Origin: an uncultured archaeon
GTDB taxonomy: Archaea > Thermoplasmatota > Thermoplasmata > Thermoplasmatales > Thermoplasmataceae
Reading direction: 5' to 3'
NCBI GenBank assembly: GCA_000965745.1
Contig: CP009479.1
Location: forward strand, 608,001 to 672,000
DNA: 64,000 bases
In this document: piece by piece, positions 49,199 through 57,266 of the stretch
How positions within the stretch are numbered: position 1 is the first letter of the stretch
How the letters are laid out: every line of letters starts with the position of its first letter
The notes under the pieces: generated by a model
The model's input: the letters and a program-made list of their open reading frames with translations, nothing else
What the model was told of the DNA's origin: nothing
Database searches by the model: none
Made by a program: the position numbers and the translations under genes

Positions 49199-50800
49199 AT
49201 GGCAGAGTATTACAGGGATTTGAGTGACTATCTGGCCGCATTGGAGAAGGCAGATAAGCTGTACAGAATCGACCGCCCTGTTGAAAAAGAGACTGAGCTT
49301 ACGCCTCTTGTCAGGCTTCAGTACAGGGGTTTACCAGACGAACAGAGAAAAGGATTTCTTTTCAACAACGTGAAGGATGCAAAGGGAAGAAACTATGATA
49401 TTAAAGTGGCAACAGGAATATATGCATCATCAATGGAAATTTATGCTCTCGGCCTGAAGGCTGAGCCAACCAAGGAATCCATTCAGGAAAAATGGGTAAA
49501 TGCGCAACTTCATCCCGTTGAACCCGAAATGGTTGACCATGCGCCAGTCCAGGACAATGTTTTTGAGGGAGACCAGCTCCTTGAGGACGGGAAGGGCCTG
49601 GAAGCATTGCCTATTCCAATAGAGGTCCCTGGGTTCAGTGGCCAGATAAGGACCAGCACGCAGGTCATCACAAGAGACCCCGAGACCGGAATAAGGAACA
49701 TGGGCAACTACTCTGCTCACGTTTTTGGCAAAGACAAGATGCTGTGGGAAATAAACCGGGGAAACCAGGGTTTTATCCACTACAACAAGTGGAAGAAGCT
49801 TGGCAAGCCTATGCCTGCTGCAATCGTGGTTGGCGGAGTACCCTCTTACTTCTACACTGCATCTGCCAAGATTCCATACGGGGTTGACGAGCTTTCCATT
49901 GCCGGAGGCTTTTCAGGTGAGCCGGTCAAGCTTGTTAAGGCAAAGACCGTTGACATGGAAGTGCCTGCAGATGCAGACATAGTCGTTGAAGGCCTCATTT
50001 CAACTGAGAAGATGGAGCCCGGAAACGCATTTGGCGAATACACAGGGTACATGGCTACAGACGTCTGGCTGAGGCCGGTTTTCAATGTTACAGCCGTCAC
50101 AATGAGGAAAAAGCCAACTTTTGTGCACATAATGAGCCAGTTCCCGCCGAGCGAGAGCAGCAAGGTGAGGCTTGTCTCTTCGGACAACGTATACCTGAAG
50201 TTCCTCAGGCACGATGCAAAGGTGCCCGGTGTTCTTGACGTGGCATGGCACGAGATGAGCCAGGCGCAGTGGTGTGTTGTCAAGATCAAGAAGGTCAACA
50301 AGTCCCATCCCTGGCAGATACTGAACCTGCTTTCAGGATATGATACCAGGTGGGGGAAGTTCTTCATCGTGGTGGATGAGGATATAGATCCGAGATCACT
50401 TGATTCTGTCATATGGGCAATGAGCTGGAGAGTGCAGCCAGCCAGGGACATGAGAATAATCCAGGGAAAGGTTCCGGGCCTCGATCCTTCGGCTTACAGC
50501 CCCGGAGCATCCCACGAGGAGAAGGAATTTCCCGGAGGCGTGGGAAGCTCAGCAGTCCTTATTGATGCCACGATAAAGTATCCGTACCCTCCAACCTCAC
50601 TTCCGAGGAAGGAATATATGGAAAAAGCCCTGGAAATATGGAAGGAGCTCAAGCTGCCGCAACTCAATCTGGTGGCTCCGTGGTACGGCTATGAACTTGG
50701 CTACTGGCCTGACGAGTTCAGGCAGGATGCGGAGGACCTGGTAAAGGGTGAGCACTACAAGATCGGAGAGAGGCTTTCCAAAAAAGAACTGAAAGATTAA
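49199..50800 (+). CDS. UbiD family protein, long clade, non-canonical active site
   Basis: Close paralogue of 44410-46017. Motifs read NMGNYS and EPGNAFGE. Confidence 0.9.
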   Translation: MAEYYRDLSDYLAALEKADKLYRIDRPVEKETELTPLVRLQYRGLPDEQRKGFLFNNVKDAKGRNYDIKVATGIYASSMEIYALGLKAEPTKESIQEKWVNAQLHPVEPEMVDHAPVQDNVFEGDQLLEDGKGLEALPIPIEVPGFSGQIRTSTQVITRDPETGIRNMGNYSAHVFGKDKMLWEINRGNQGFIHYNKWKKLGKPMPAAIVVGGVPSYFYTASAKIPYGVDELSIAGGFSGEPVKLVKAKTVDMEVPADADIVVEGLISTEKMEPGNAFGEYTGYMATDVWLRPVFNVTAVTMRKKPTFVHIMSQFPPSESSKVRLVSSDNVYLKFLRHDAKVPGVLDVAWHEMSQAQWCVVKIKKVNKSHPWQILNLLSGYDTRWGKFFIVVDEDIDPRSLDSVIWAMSWRVQPARDMRIIQGKVPGLDPSAYSPGASHEEKEFPGGVGSSAVLIDATIKYPYPPTSLPRKEYMEKALEIWKELKLPQLNLVAPWYGYELGYWPDEFRQDAEDLVKGEHYKIGERLSKKELKD

Positions 50801-50821
50801 TCAGTTCCTTTCCATTTTTAA

Positions 50822-51092
50822 CAAAATTGAGCGTGAATTCCCCTTCCGAAAGGGAGGGGATGAAAGCGAAATCTTTTTCTATTTTCCAGAAATAATACGT
50901 TGCTCACCAGCAGACAGAATGGAAGAAGGGTCGGATAACGTGTAGCTCCATGCGTGCCTGCGTCCGTAAAGTCGAATGGATTAGTGTGGAGGGCAAAGTA
51001 CCCTCGGGCCTGAGGGAATTCATGCCTGCGGAGGTTCCGCTGGTAACCGTCGAAGCAGGAAGCCCCTTTCGAAGGATAGGGGAGGAGGTCAC
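50822..51092 (+). mobile_element. Non-autonomous IS200/IS605-derived mini-element, copy 2
   Basis: TTTAA|CAAAATTGAGCG...GAAGCAGGAAGCCCCTTTCGAAGGATAGGGGAGGAGGTCAC; 271 bp. Confidence 0.85.
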
Positions 51093-51105
51093 CTGGTGCA
51101 TCAAA

Positions 51106-51621
51106 ATGTCCCAAAATCTCGGCAGCAAACTTCCGGACAAGACGTTCAATTCCCTGAAATTTTCAAACGAAACAAGAACTAACAGCGCGATTTTCCTGTT
51201 GACTAAAGACGGTGAATCATTCCCCCACGTAGCGCTACTGTCTCCATACCAGGTGGTGGCAGTAAACAGGGTGAAGCTACTCGTGGCAGTCCATTCCGCT
51301 TCCAGAAGCTGCGCGTTTCTGGCATCAGACGGAAAGGGGACTCTCATACTCCAGCTTGAACCCGCAGTGCAGTATGTCAAGTGCAGATTTTCGGAATCGG
51401 ATGACAAGGGATACTCATCAGGGGAATACGGTGAAAAACTGTTCAATGCAACCCCACTGGAAATCCTGGAGGATTACTCTGACAAAGCGCCATTTGTTTC
51501 AGAACTCAGATTTGATGAAACAAACACCTACGGCCCATACTCCGAAGGTTTCGGCAGGCTCAAGAAGATAGCGGAAGAAGACACCGGAAGGGAATGGCCT
51601 AGTCCTCTCCCCACTCCTTAA
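51106..51621 (+). CDS. FMN-binding split-barrel (PNPOx-like) protein, candidate prFMN maturase
   Basis: LLTKDGESFPHVALLSP...SRS..FL..DGKGTL. Lies between ubiD and ubiX. Start ATG 51106; the track ORF extension is mini-element sequence. Confidence 0.7.
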   Translation: MSQNLGSKLPDKTFNSLKFSNETRTNSAIFLLTKDGESFPHVALLSPYQVVAVNRVKLLVAVHSASRSCAFLASDGKGTLILQLEPAVQYVKCRFSESDDKGYSSGEYGEKLFNATPLEILEDYSDKAPFVSELRFDETNTYGPYSEGFGRLKKIAEEDTGREWPSPLPTP

Positions 51622-52165
51622 GTAGATCCGTCTTGACGCCAATCATGTTCAGGACCCTTCCCACAGTAAGGTCCACCATATTCTCTATGTCACTTATCTT
51701 GAAGTAAAGTGGAGGCAGCGGTGGCATTATTGTTCCCCCGGCCTCAGTAATCTGTACCATATTCCTGAGATGTATCAGGTTAAGGGGAGTCTCCCTCGCA
51801 AGAAGGATCAGGGGCCTCCTCTCCTTCAGTGTTACCATGGCAGCTCTTGCAACAAGGTTCTGCTCAAAGCCGGTCGCAATGGCAGAAAGCGTTTTCATGG
51901 AACACGGGGCAACGATCATGCCCTCGGTCTGGAATGACCCGCTAGCTATGGACGCTGTGAACTCATATTCGCCGTATACGTGATCCGCAAGCTCCTTGAG
52001 TTTGTCGGCTTCAAGGCCCGTTTCTATTTTTAGAGTCTTCTCAGCCCCATTGCTGACCACAAGGTGGGTTTCGGCATCAGTCTTGTTTCTGCAGGCCAGT
52101 AGCAGCCTGTATCCATAAATCGCACCCGTCGAGCCGGTAACGGCCACAACTATCTTCTTTGTCAT
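51599..52165 (-). CDS. ubiX: Flavin prenyltransferase
   Basis: VTGSTGAIYG, IASGSF, APCSMKTL, LKERR, RETPL. Confidence 0.95.
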   Translation of the reverse strand: MTKKIVVAVTGSTGAIYGYRLLLACRNKTDAETHLVVSNGAEKTLKIETGLEADKLKELADHVYGEYEFTASIASGSFQTEGMIVAPCSMKTLSAIATGFEQNLVARAAMVTLKERRPLILLARETPLNLIHLRNMVQITEAGGTIMPPLPPLYFKISDIENMVDLTVGRVLNMIGVKTDLLKEWGED

Positions 52166-52254
52166 TAGCGCACCTTTTGCTTGTACGGGTCTGAATCAAC
52201 CCGATAATAGATAAACTCTCCCTATTTCAGGCGTATAAAAATAAAAAAATGAGG

Positions 52255-53073
52255 TTATTTTGTTGTTATCGCTATCGGCCTGAATGGAGAGCCCGTAGCA
52301 CCCTTGAACTTCAGTGGAAGCCCGATGAACAGGAACTCGTAGACCTTGTCCCTGGAGAGCTCTTCCAGGAATATATTCTCTATTATGTATATTCCTTTCT
52401 TTGCAAGAAGTATCAAGTGGCCTGGAAGTTTTGACTTTGTCTCCGGGTCAGGGTCGTGGGGGACATCCCATGCAAGATTGTCTGAACCAACGGCAAATAC
52501 CTTGTCCTGCAGATATTCACTCACTTCCTTTGAAACTCCAGCCGCATTCATGTATTTGCCCTGCTCATTCCAGTACTTTCCGTATCCGGTTCTCACCAGG
52601 ACAACATCATCCTTTCCGAAGGTCACTCCTTCCTTCTCCACCGCTTTCTTGAACTCTTCAAGGGTTATCTCATGGTTCTCATCCAGCGGATCCCTGACAA
52701 ATGCAGCCACATCAATGAGAACGCCTTTCCTGACCATTGCCGGGAGCTCTTCGGCACCGAGTTTCGTGTACCCCCACGGAGTCTCGACTTCGGGCGTGAC
52801 TTTTGTACCGTCATAGAACGTCATGTCCGAGGCCTGATGGCATAGTGCATCTATGTGGGTCCCGGACTGGTCCGTCATGATGATGAGCCCCGAGGAGCTG
52901 GTCCTTGGGCCTGTCTTGTCAGGAGTGTAGTAGTTCTCGTGATGTCTGTACAGGAAATAATTCAACCCGGGTTTGACAGGATCAAACGCAGGCATTCCGG
53001 GGTATCTAACGTGCTCAAGGTCATACACCTTGTTTCCGTTTCCTGCTATCTTCAATAAATCAGCTATCGTCAT
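52255..53073 (-). CDS. Cyclase / kynurenine formamidase family metal hydrolase
   Basis: QSGTHIDALCH, VRTG, GSDN, IIEN, GATGSPFRP. Likely start is the ATG at 53073. Confidence 0.88.
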   Translation of the reverse strand: MTIADLLKIAGNGNKVYDLEHVRYPGMPAFDPVKPGLNYFLYRHHENYYTPDKTGPRTSSSGLIIMTDQSGTHIDALCHQASDMTFYDGTKVTPEVETPWGYTKLGAEELPAMVRKGVLIDVAAFVRDPLDENHEITLEEFKKAVEKEGVTFGKDDVVLVRTGYGKYWNEQGKYMNAAGVSKEVSEYLQDKVFAVGSDNLAWDVPHDPDPETKSKLPGHLILLAKKGIYIIENIFLEELSRDKVYEFLFIGLPLKFKGATGSPFRPIAITTK

Positions 53074-53086
53074 GAAAAACATCTCC

Positions 53087-53530
53087 TTACTGCTTAACCG
53101 CAGATTTGTTCTCAAGCTTGGATGAAGCCTTAATTTCGATTGCCATGTAGTCTGAATCAGAGGAAGCTGCTGCTGTATGCGCCATTCCTCTGGGAATATA
53201 GAGCATCTCGCCGGCGTTGAGCTGGTATTCGCCATTCTCTGTCTTCCATGTGGCCTGGCCCTTTACGCAGATGATAACCTCATCAAAGTCCATGTTCCTG
53301 TGCCAGAAAGGCATTACCGCCCTCCTCTTTGAAAGCTCTATGCTCACTCCGTCTCCCACAAGAAGCTTCATCGGCGGGCCGTCAGGCTTCTCCATGTTCG
53401 GGGGGTTAAGGCTGCCGTATTTTATAACTTCAGATTTTGCATCTATTTTGAATGCTTCAGGCTCCTTTGCCCTTTCAAACAAAACGTTGACTCCCTTTGA
53501 AGTCAGTTTCTCCTTTACTGTGTCAGACAC
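53087..53530 (-). CDS. Cupin (dioxygenase-like)
   Basis: PFWHRNMDFDEVII...YIPRGMAH. Confidence 0.8.
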   Translation of the reverse strand: MSDTVKEKLTSKGVNVLFERAKEPEAFKIDAKSEVIKYGSLNPPNMEKPDGPPMKLLVGDGVSIELSKRRAVMPFWHRNMDFDEVIICVKGQATWKTENGEYQLNAGEMLYIPRGMAHTAAASSDSDYMAIEIKASSKLENKSAVKQ

Positions 53531-53672
53531 TGTTATTCACCGAGTCGCAATCATGTTTTATCTAAAATTATTTACGTATGCGATTTTCGTATGAATTCCG
53601 CGAAGATGCAATTCTTTTGGGTTGATAAGGGCAAGAAGGGATGAGGTTAATCACCCAACCTGAACAGGAGAC

Positions 53673-54485
53673 TTACGAAATTTCCGAAAGGGATTCCGTG
53701 ACTGCCTTGGAGAAAGCATCAGGGCTGGAAATACTGGGAATGTGGTCAGCACAATCTATGAAGACAAGTTTAGAAGATTTCAGGCGCCCATGGATTGCAC
53801 GGTCAACCTCAACCATCCCCTTGCGGTCTTCTTTCCCAACAATTATCAACACAGGCATTTCAAGCATTTCTAGCCTCTTGAAGGCAGGAGGTTCCGGTGA
53901 TAACTGAAACCTGTCAACGTCCTCTTCCTCAGAATTCACATTCTCCTCAGCTATGTCCAGTACATGTTTCCTAACATCACCCGAGAGCTTATGGGTCCAG
54001 TAATCCACATCGATGGCGGCTGCATCCCTGTATTTACCTTTATTCCTGAGCTCAATATATCTCTCTTCAAGAGATCCGAGATCACCCCAGAGCTCATTCT
54101 CATCCCCCTCAATTTCAACTCCTCTCACCCCCGAATTCACAAGTACAAGGGCAGATACTCGGCCAGGAAATTCAACTGCGAAGTCAAGCGCGATTCTACC
54201 TCCGTTTGAGACCCCCAATATTGTGGCCCTGTCTATGTTCAGATTGTCCAGAATAGCCTTGAGATCCTTGAAGTCGGAATATTCTTCACTGGCCTTGCTT
54301 GATTTTCCAAATCCGCGAACATCATACCTGATTAACCGGCGGCCTTTTCCAAGAGCCTCCATCTGATTATCCCACATGCGGCTGTCCAGGTAGCCCGCAT
54401 GTACCAGGACCAGTGGCTCGCCTGATCCGAGGTCTTCATAGTATATACTTGCATTTTCAGCATTAATATAGCCAGTGCTCACCAA
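53673..54485 (-). CDS. Alpha/beta hydrolase
   Basis: YDVRGFGKS, GVSNGG, DHIP. Confidence 0.9.
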   Translation of the reverse strand: MVSTGYINAENASIYYEDLGSGEPLVLVHAGYLDSRMWDNQMEALGKGRRLIRYDVRGFGKSSKASEEYSDFKDLKAILDNLNIDRATILGVSNGGRIALDFAVEFPGRVSALVLVNSGVRGVEIEGDENELWGDLGSLEERYIELRNKGKYRDAAAIDVDYWTHKLSGDVRKHVLDIAEENVNSEEEDVDRFQLSPEPPAFKRLEMLEMPVLIIVGKEDRKGMVEVDRAIHGRLKSSKLVFIDCADHIPSISSPDAFSKAVTESLSEIS

Positions 54486-54600
54486 TTCCTATGCAAAAGG
54501 CAGTATATTCTTCATCTGTAGCAGCAGGAATGACACCAAACACCCCTTCTCTGCAACACAAAAGAAAAAAATTTGAACCAAAGCAGATTCTCCAAGGGCA

Positions 54601-55572
54601 ATGAAAAACATCGACATCCATTCACACATGTTGCATTCTTCTTCGATAGAACAACTGGGAGGGGAGATAAACCAGATTGAAAACAGTCCTCTTTACGCCA
54701 TAAATGTGCTGGGAAAGAAAGTGGCTCCTATGCCCAAGGGGTTTTTTGACACTGATGCACGAATCAGCGAAATAGCTGAAATGGGAATAGAAGGGCAGAT
54801 TATATCACCTACCCACCACCTCTTCATGTATGACAAGGACGCATCATCTGCAGCCAAATCAGCGAGAATCCAGAATGAGGGAATCAGCAGGGTCTGTTCA
54901 GAACACAGTGGCAGGTTTGCGGGAAATGCAACACTCCCGATGCAGGACGCGAAGCACGCCCTGGATGAGCTTGAATATGCATATTCCAAGCTCGAAATGA
55001 AAGGCATAGAGATAGGCACAAACATAAACGGCAGGAACCTGGATGATGAGAGCCTCTTCCCGGTTTACGAAAGAGCGCAGGAACTTGGAATGCCAATATT
55101 TGTCCACCCCAACGATTTCATGGCAAAGGAGAGGCTATCAAAATACTACATGGGGATAGTTGTGGGAACACTTGCTGAGACCACTGTGGCAGTGAGCAGC
55201 CTTCTTCTGGGAAACGTATTCGGGAAGTTCCAGAAATTGAAGATGGTATTCTGCCATGGCGGAGGCGCAATACCCTACCAGATCGGAAGGCTCCAGCATG
55301 CAGTGGACATACGTGAGGAGCTCAAGGACGCGAATGTGGACATATCAAAAGGTATCAGGAACATACTCTTTGACTCTGTAGTGTTCACACCAGAGGCACT
55401 TGATTTCCTGATAAAGGAAACTGGAGAAGACAACGTTGTTCTCGGTACGGATTATCCGTTCAACATGGGCAACTGGAATTCAGCAAAGGACCTTCAGAAC
55501 CTTTCAACAATCAGTGAAACAACAAGAAACAAGGTTATGCTTGAAAACACGAAGAAACTGTACGGACTCTGA
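54601..55572 (+). CDS. Amidohydrolase_2 family decarboxylase (ACMSD-like)
   Basis: IDIHSH, IFVHP, CHGGG.IP..IGRL, LGTDYPF. Confidence 0.88.
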   Translation: MKNIDIHSHMLHSSSIEQLGGEINQIENSPLYAINVLGKKVAPMPKGFFDTDARISEIAEMGIEGQIISPTHHLFMYDKDASSAAKSARIQNEGISRVCSEHSGRFAGNATLPMQDAKHALDELEYAYSKLEMKGIEIGTNINGRNLDDESLFPVYERAQELGMPIFVHPNDFMAKERLSKYYMGIVVGTLAETTVAVSSLLLGNVFGKFQKLKMVFCHGGGAIPYQIGRLQHAVDIREELKDANVDISKGIRNILFDSVVFTPEALDFLIKETGEDNVVLGTDYPFNMGNWNSAKDLQNLSTISETTRNKVMLENTKKLYGL

Positions 55573-55591
55573 TCCGTTTTCCATTTTTTAA

Positions 55592-55862
55592 CAAAATTGA
55601 GCGGAAAATCCCCTTCCGAAAGGGAGGGGATGAAAGCGAAATCTTTTCCTATTTTCCAGAAATAACACGTGGCTCACCAGCAGACAGAATGGAAGAAGGG
55701 TCGGATAACGTGTAGCTCCATGCGTTCCTGTGTCCGTAAAGTCGAATGGATTAGTGTGGAGGGCAAAGTACCCCCGGGCCGGAGGGAATTCATGCCTGCG
55801 GAGGTTGCGCTGGTAACCGTGGAAGCAGGAAGCCCCTTTCGAAGGATAGGGGAGGAGGTCAC
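55592..55862 (+). mobile_element. Non-autonomous IS200/IS605-derived mini-element, copy 3
   Basis: TTTAA|CAAAATTGAGCG...GGAGGAGGTCAC; 271 bp; near-identical to copy 2. Confidence 0.85.
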
Positions 55863-55922
55863 AAAAAGAATGGCCTGGTCAATTAAATAAATATAAAAAT
55901 ATAATAAACGTGGTACTAAACT

Positions 55923-56402
55923 TCACTTCTTCTGGGCAAAGTACTTTCTCTGAGCGTCCTGTACTGCGTCAACGATCTGCTGATACCCGGTGCACATACA
56001 GTAATTCCCATGCAGCTTTTCCCTGATCTCCTCTCTTGTCATCTCCTCGTTGTTCCTGATGAGATAGTTTGTCATCATAAGGAAACCCGATGTGCAGTAC
56101 CCGCACTGAAGGGCGAACTTCTCCCTGAAGGACTCCTGCTCAATGCTCAGCTCTCCGTTCGGCCCTTCAAGCCCTTCTACCGTCTTTAGGTTTGCACCCT
56201 GAGCCTGGACAGCCAGTATCTGGCAGGACTTCACGGGTTTCCCATCCCACTGGATAGTGCATGCTCCGCAGTGGCCAGTGTCACAACCTATGTGCGTCCC
56301 CTTGAGTTTCAATACATCCCGTATGAAATGCACGAGCAGCATCCTCGGCTCAGTCTCACCCGAATATTCCTTTCCATTTATTGTAAGATTCACAGTAACC
56401 AT
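55923..56402 (-). CDS. Mo-hydroxylase small [2Fe-2S] subunit (CoxS-like)
   Basis: GCDTGHCGACT, QCGYCT, CMCTGY. Confidence 0.93.
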   Translation of the reverse strand: MVTVNLTINGKEYSGETEPRMLLVHFIRDVLKLKGTHIGCDTGHCGACTIQWDGKPVKSCQILAVQAQGANLKTVEGLEGPNGELSIEQESFREKFALQCGYCTSGFLMMTNYLIRNNEEMTREEIREKLHGNYCMCTGYQQIVDAVQDAQRKYFAQKK

Positions 56403-56414
56403 TGTTATTCCTCC

Positions 56415-57266
56415 TTACTCAATTAACTCCTTTATCACTCTTGCTAGCATCATTTTCAGCGAGTATTTCCTGTACTCCTCTCCTCCATGGATATCCGAAA
56501 TCGGGGTGAGAGCGTCAACAGTCTCTGATATGGAAGTTTGGAGGTCCACTGAATCTTTCTTCTTCCCCTTAAGGGCAGACTCAAGGCTCTTTAACCTCTC
56601 AGGCCCATCCGTAAGTGCTCCAGCTGCAATTCTAAGTTCTTCTATGCTTCCGTCCGAAGCAGTTCTGGCAATAGCTGCCACCGAAACTACTGCAAAGTCA
56701 GCCTTTCTCCGCGCATACTTCTCCACATGGTATTGATCTGTGCTCTTCGGGACTATTATCTCCACAGCTATCTCATCTTCCCTTGCATCAGTCTCGTAGG
56801 GCCCTTTGATGAAATCTTCTATCCTCACGGTTCTCCTTCCTTCTTTGGAAAGAAGGACAATGCTTGCTTCAAGAACGAACATAGTGGGTGGATAGTCTGC
56901 AGAGGGGTCTGCTTCACATATGCTTCCACCAATTGTCCCCCTGTTTCTTATCTGTATATCTCCTATGTTTTCAGCCGTGGAAGCAAGAATTGGCGCATTT
57001 TCCCTGATAAGCCCGTTCTCTATTACTTCAAAATGGGTCACCATTGCGCCGATTCTGAGATTCCCGCCTTCATCAAGCTTCACCTGCTTCAGTTCTGGAA
57101 TAGCTCCAAGATCTATCAGGCAGGCAGGCTCATAAAAACGGAGCTTGAGCATAGGCATCAGGCTCTGCCCTCCAGCTATGACTTTTGGCTCTTCAACGGT
57201 CTTCATCAATTCTAGGGCCTCGTCGAGAGTTTTTGGCCTGTAGTACTCGAATTCAGTGGGATACAT
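56415..57266 (-). CDS. Mo-hydroxylase FAD subunit (CoxM-like)
   Basis: AGGQSLMP, IRNRGTIGGS, ADPSAD. Confidence 0.93.
   Translation of the reverse strand: MYPTEFEYYRPKTLDEALELMKTVEEPKVIAGGQSLMPMLKLRFYEPACLIDLGAIPELKQVKLDEGGNLRIGAMVTHFEVIENGLIRENAPILASTAENIGDIQIRNRGTIGGSICEADPSADYPPTMFVLEASIVLLSKEGRRTVRIEDFIKGPYETDAREDEIAVEIIVPKSTDQYHVEKYARRKADFAVVSVAAIARTASDGSIEELRIAAGALTDGPERLKSLESALKGKKKDSVDLQTSISETVDALTPISDIHGGEEYRKYSLKMMLARVIKELIE

Noticed and set aside
50950-51105. N-terminal extension of the split-barrel ORF, and ORFs 20429-20707, 50818-51114, 55669-55890
   Set aside because: They read through the repeated mini-element and are not independent genes.
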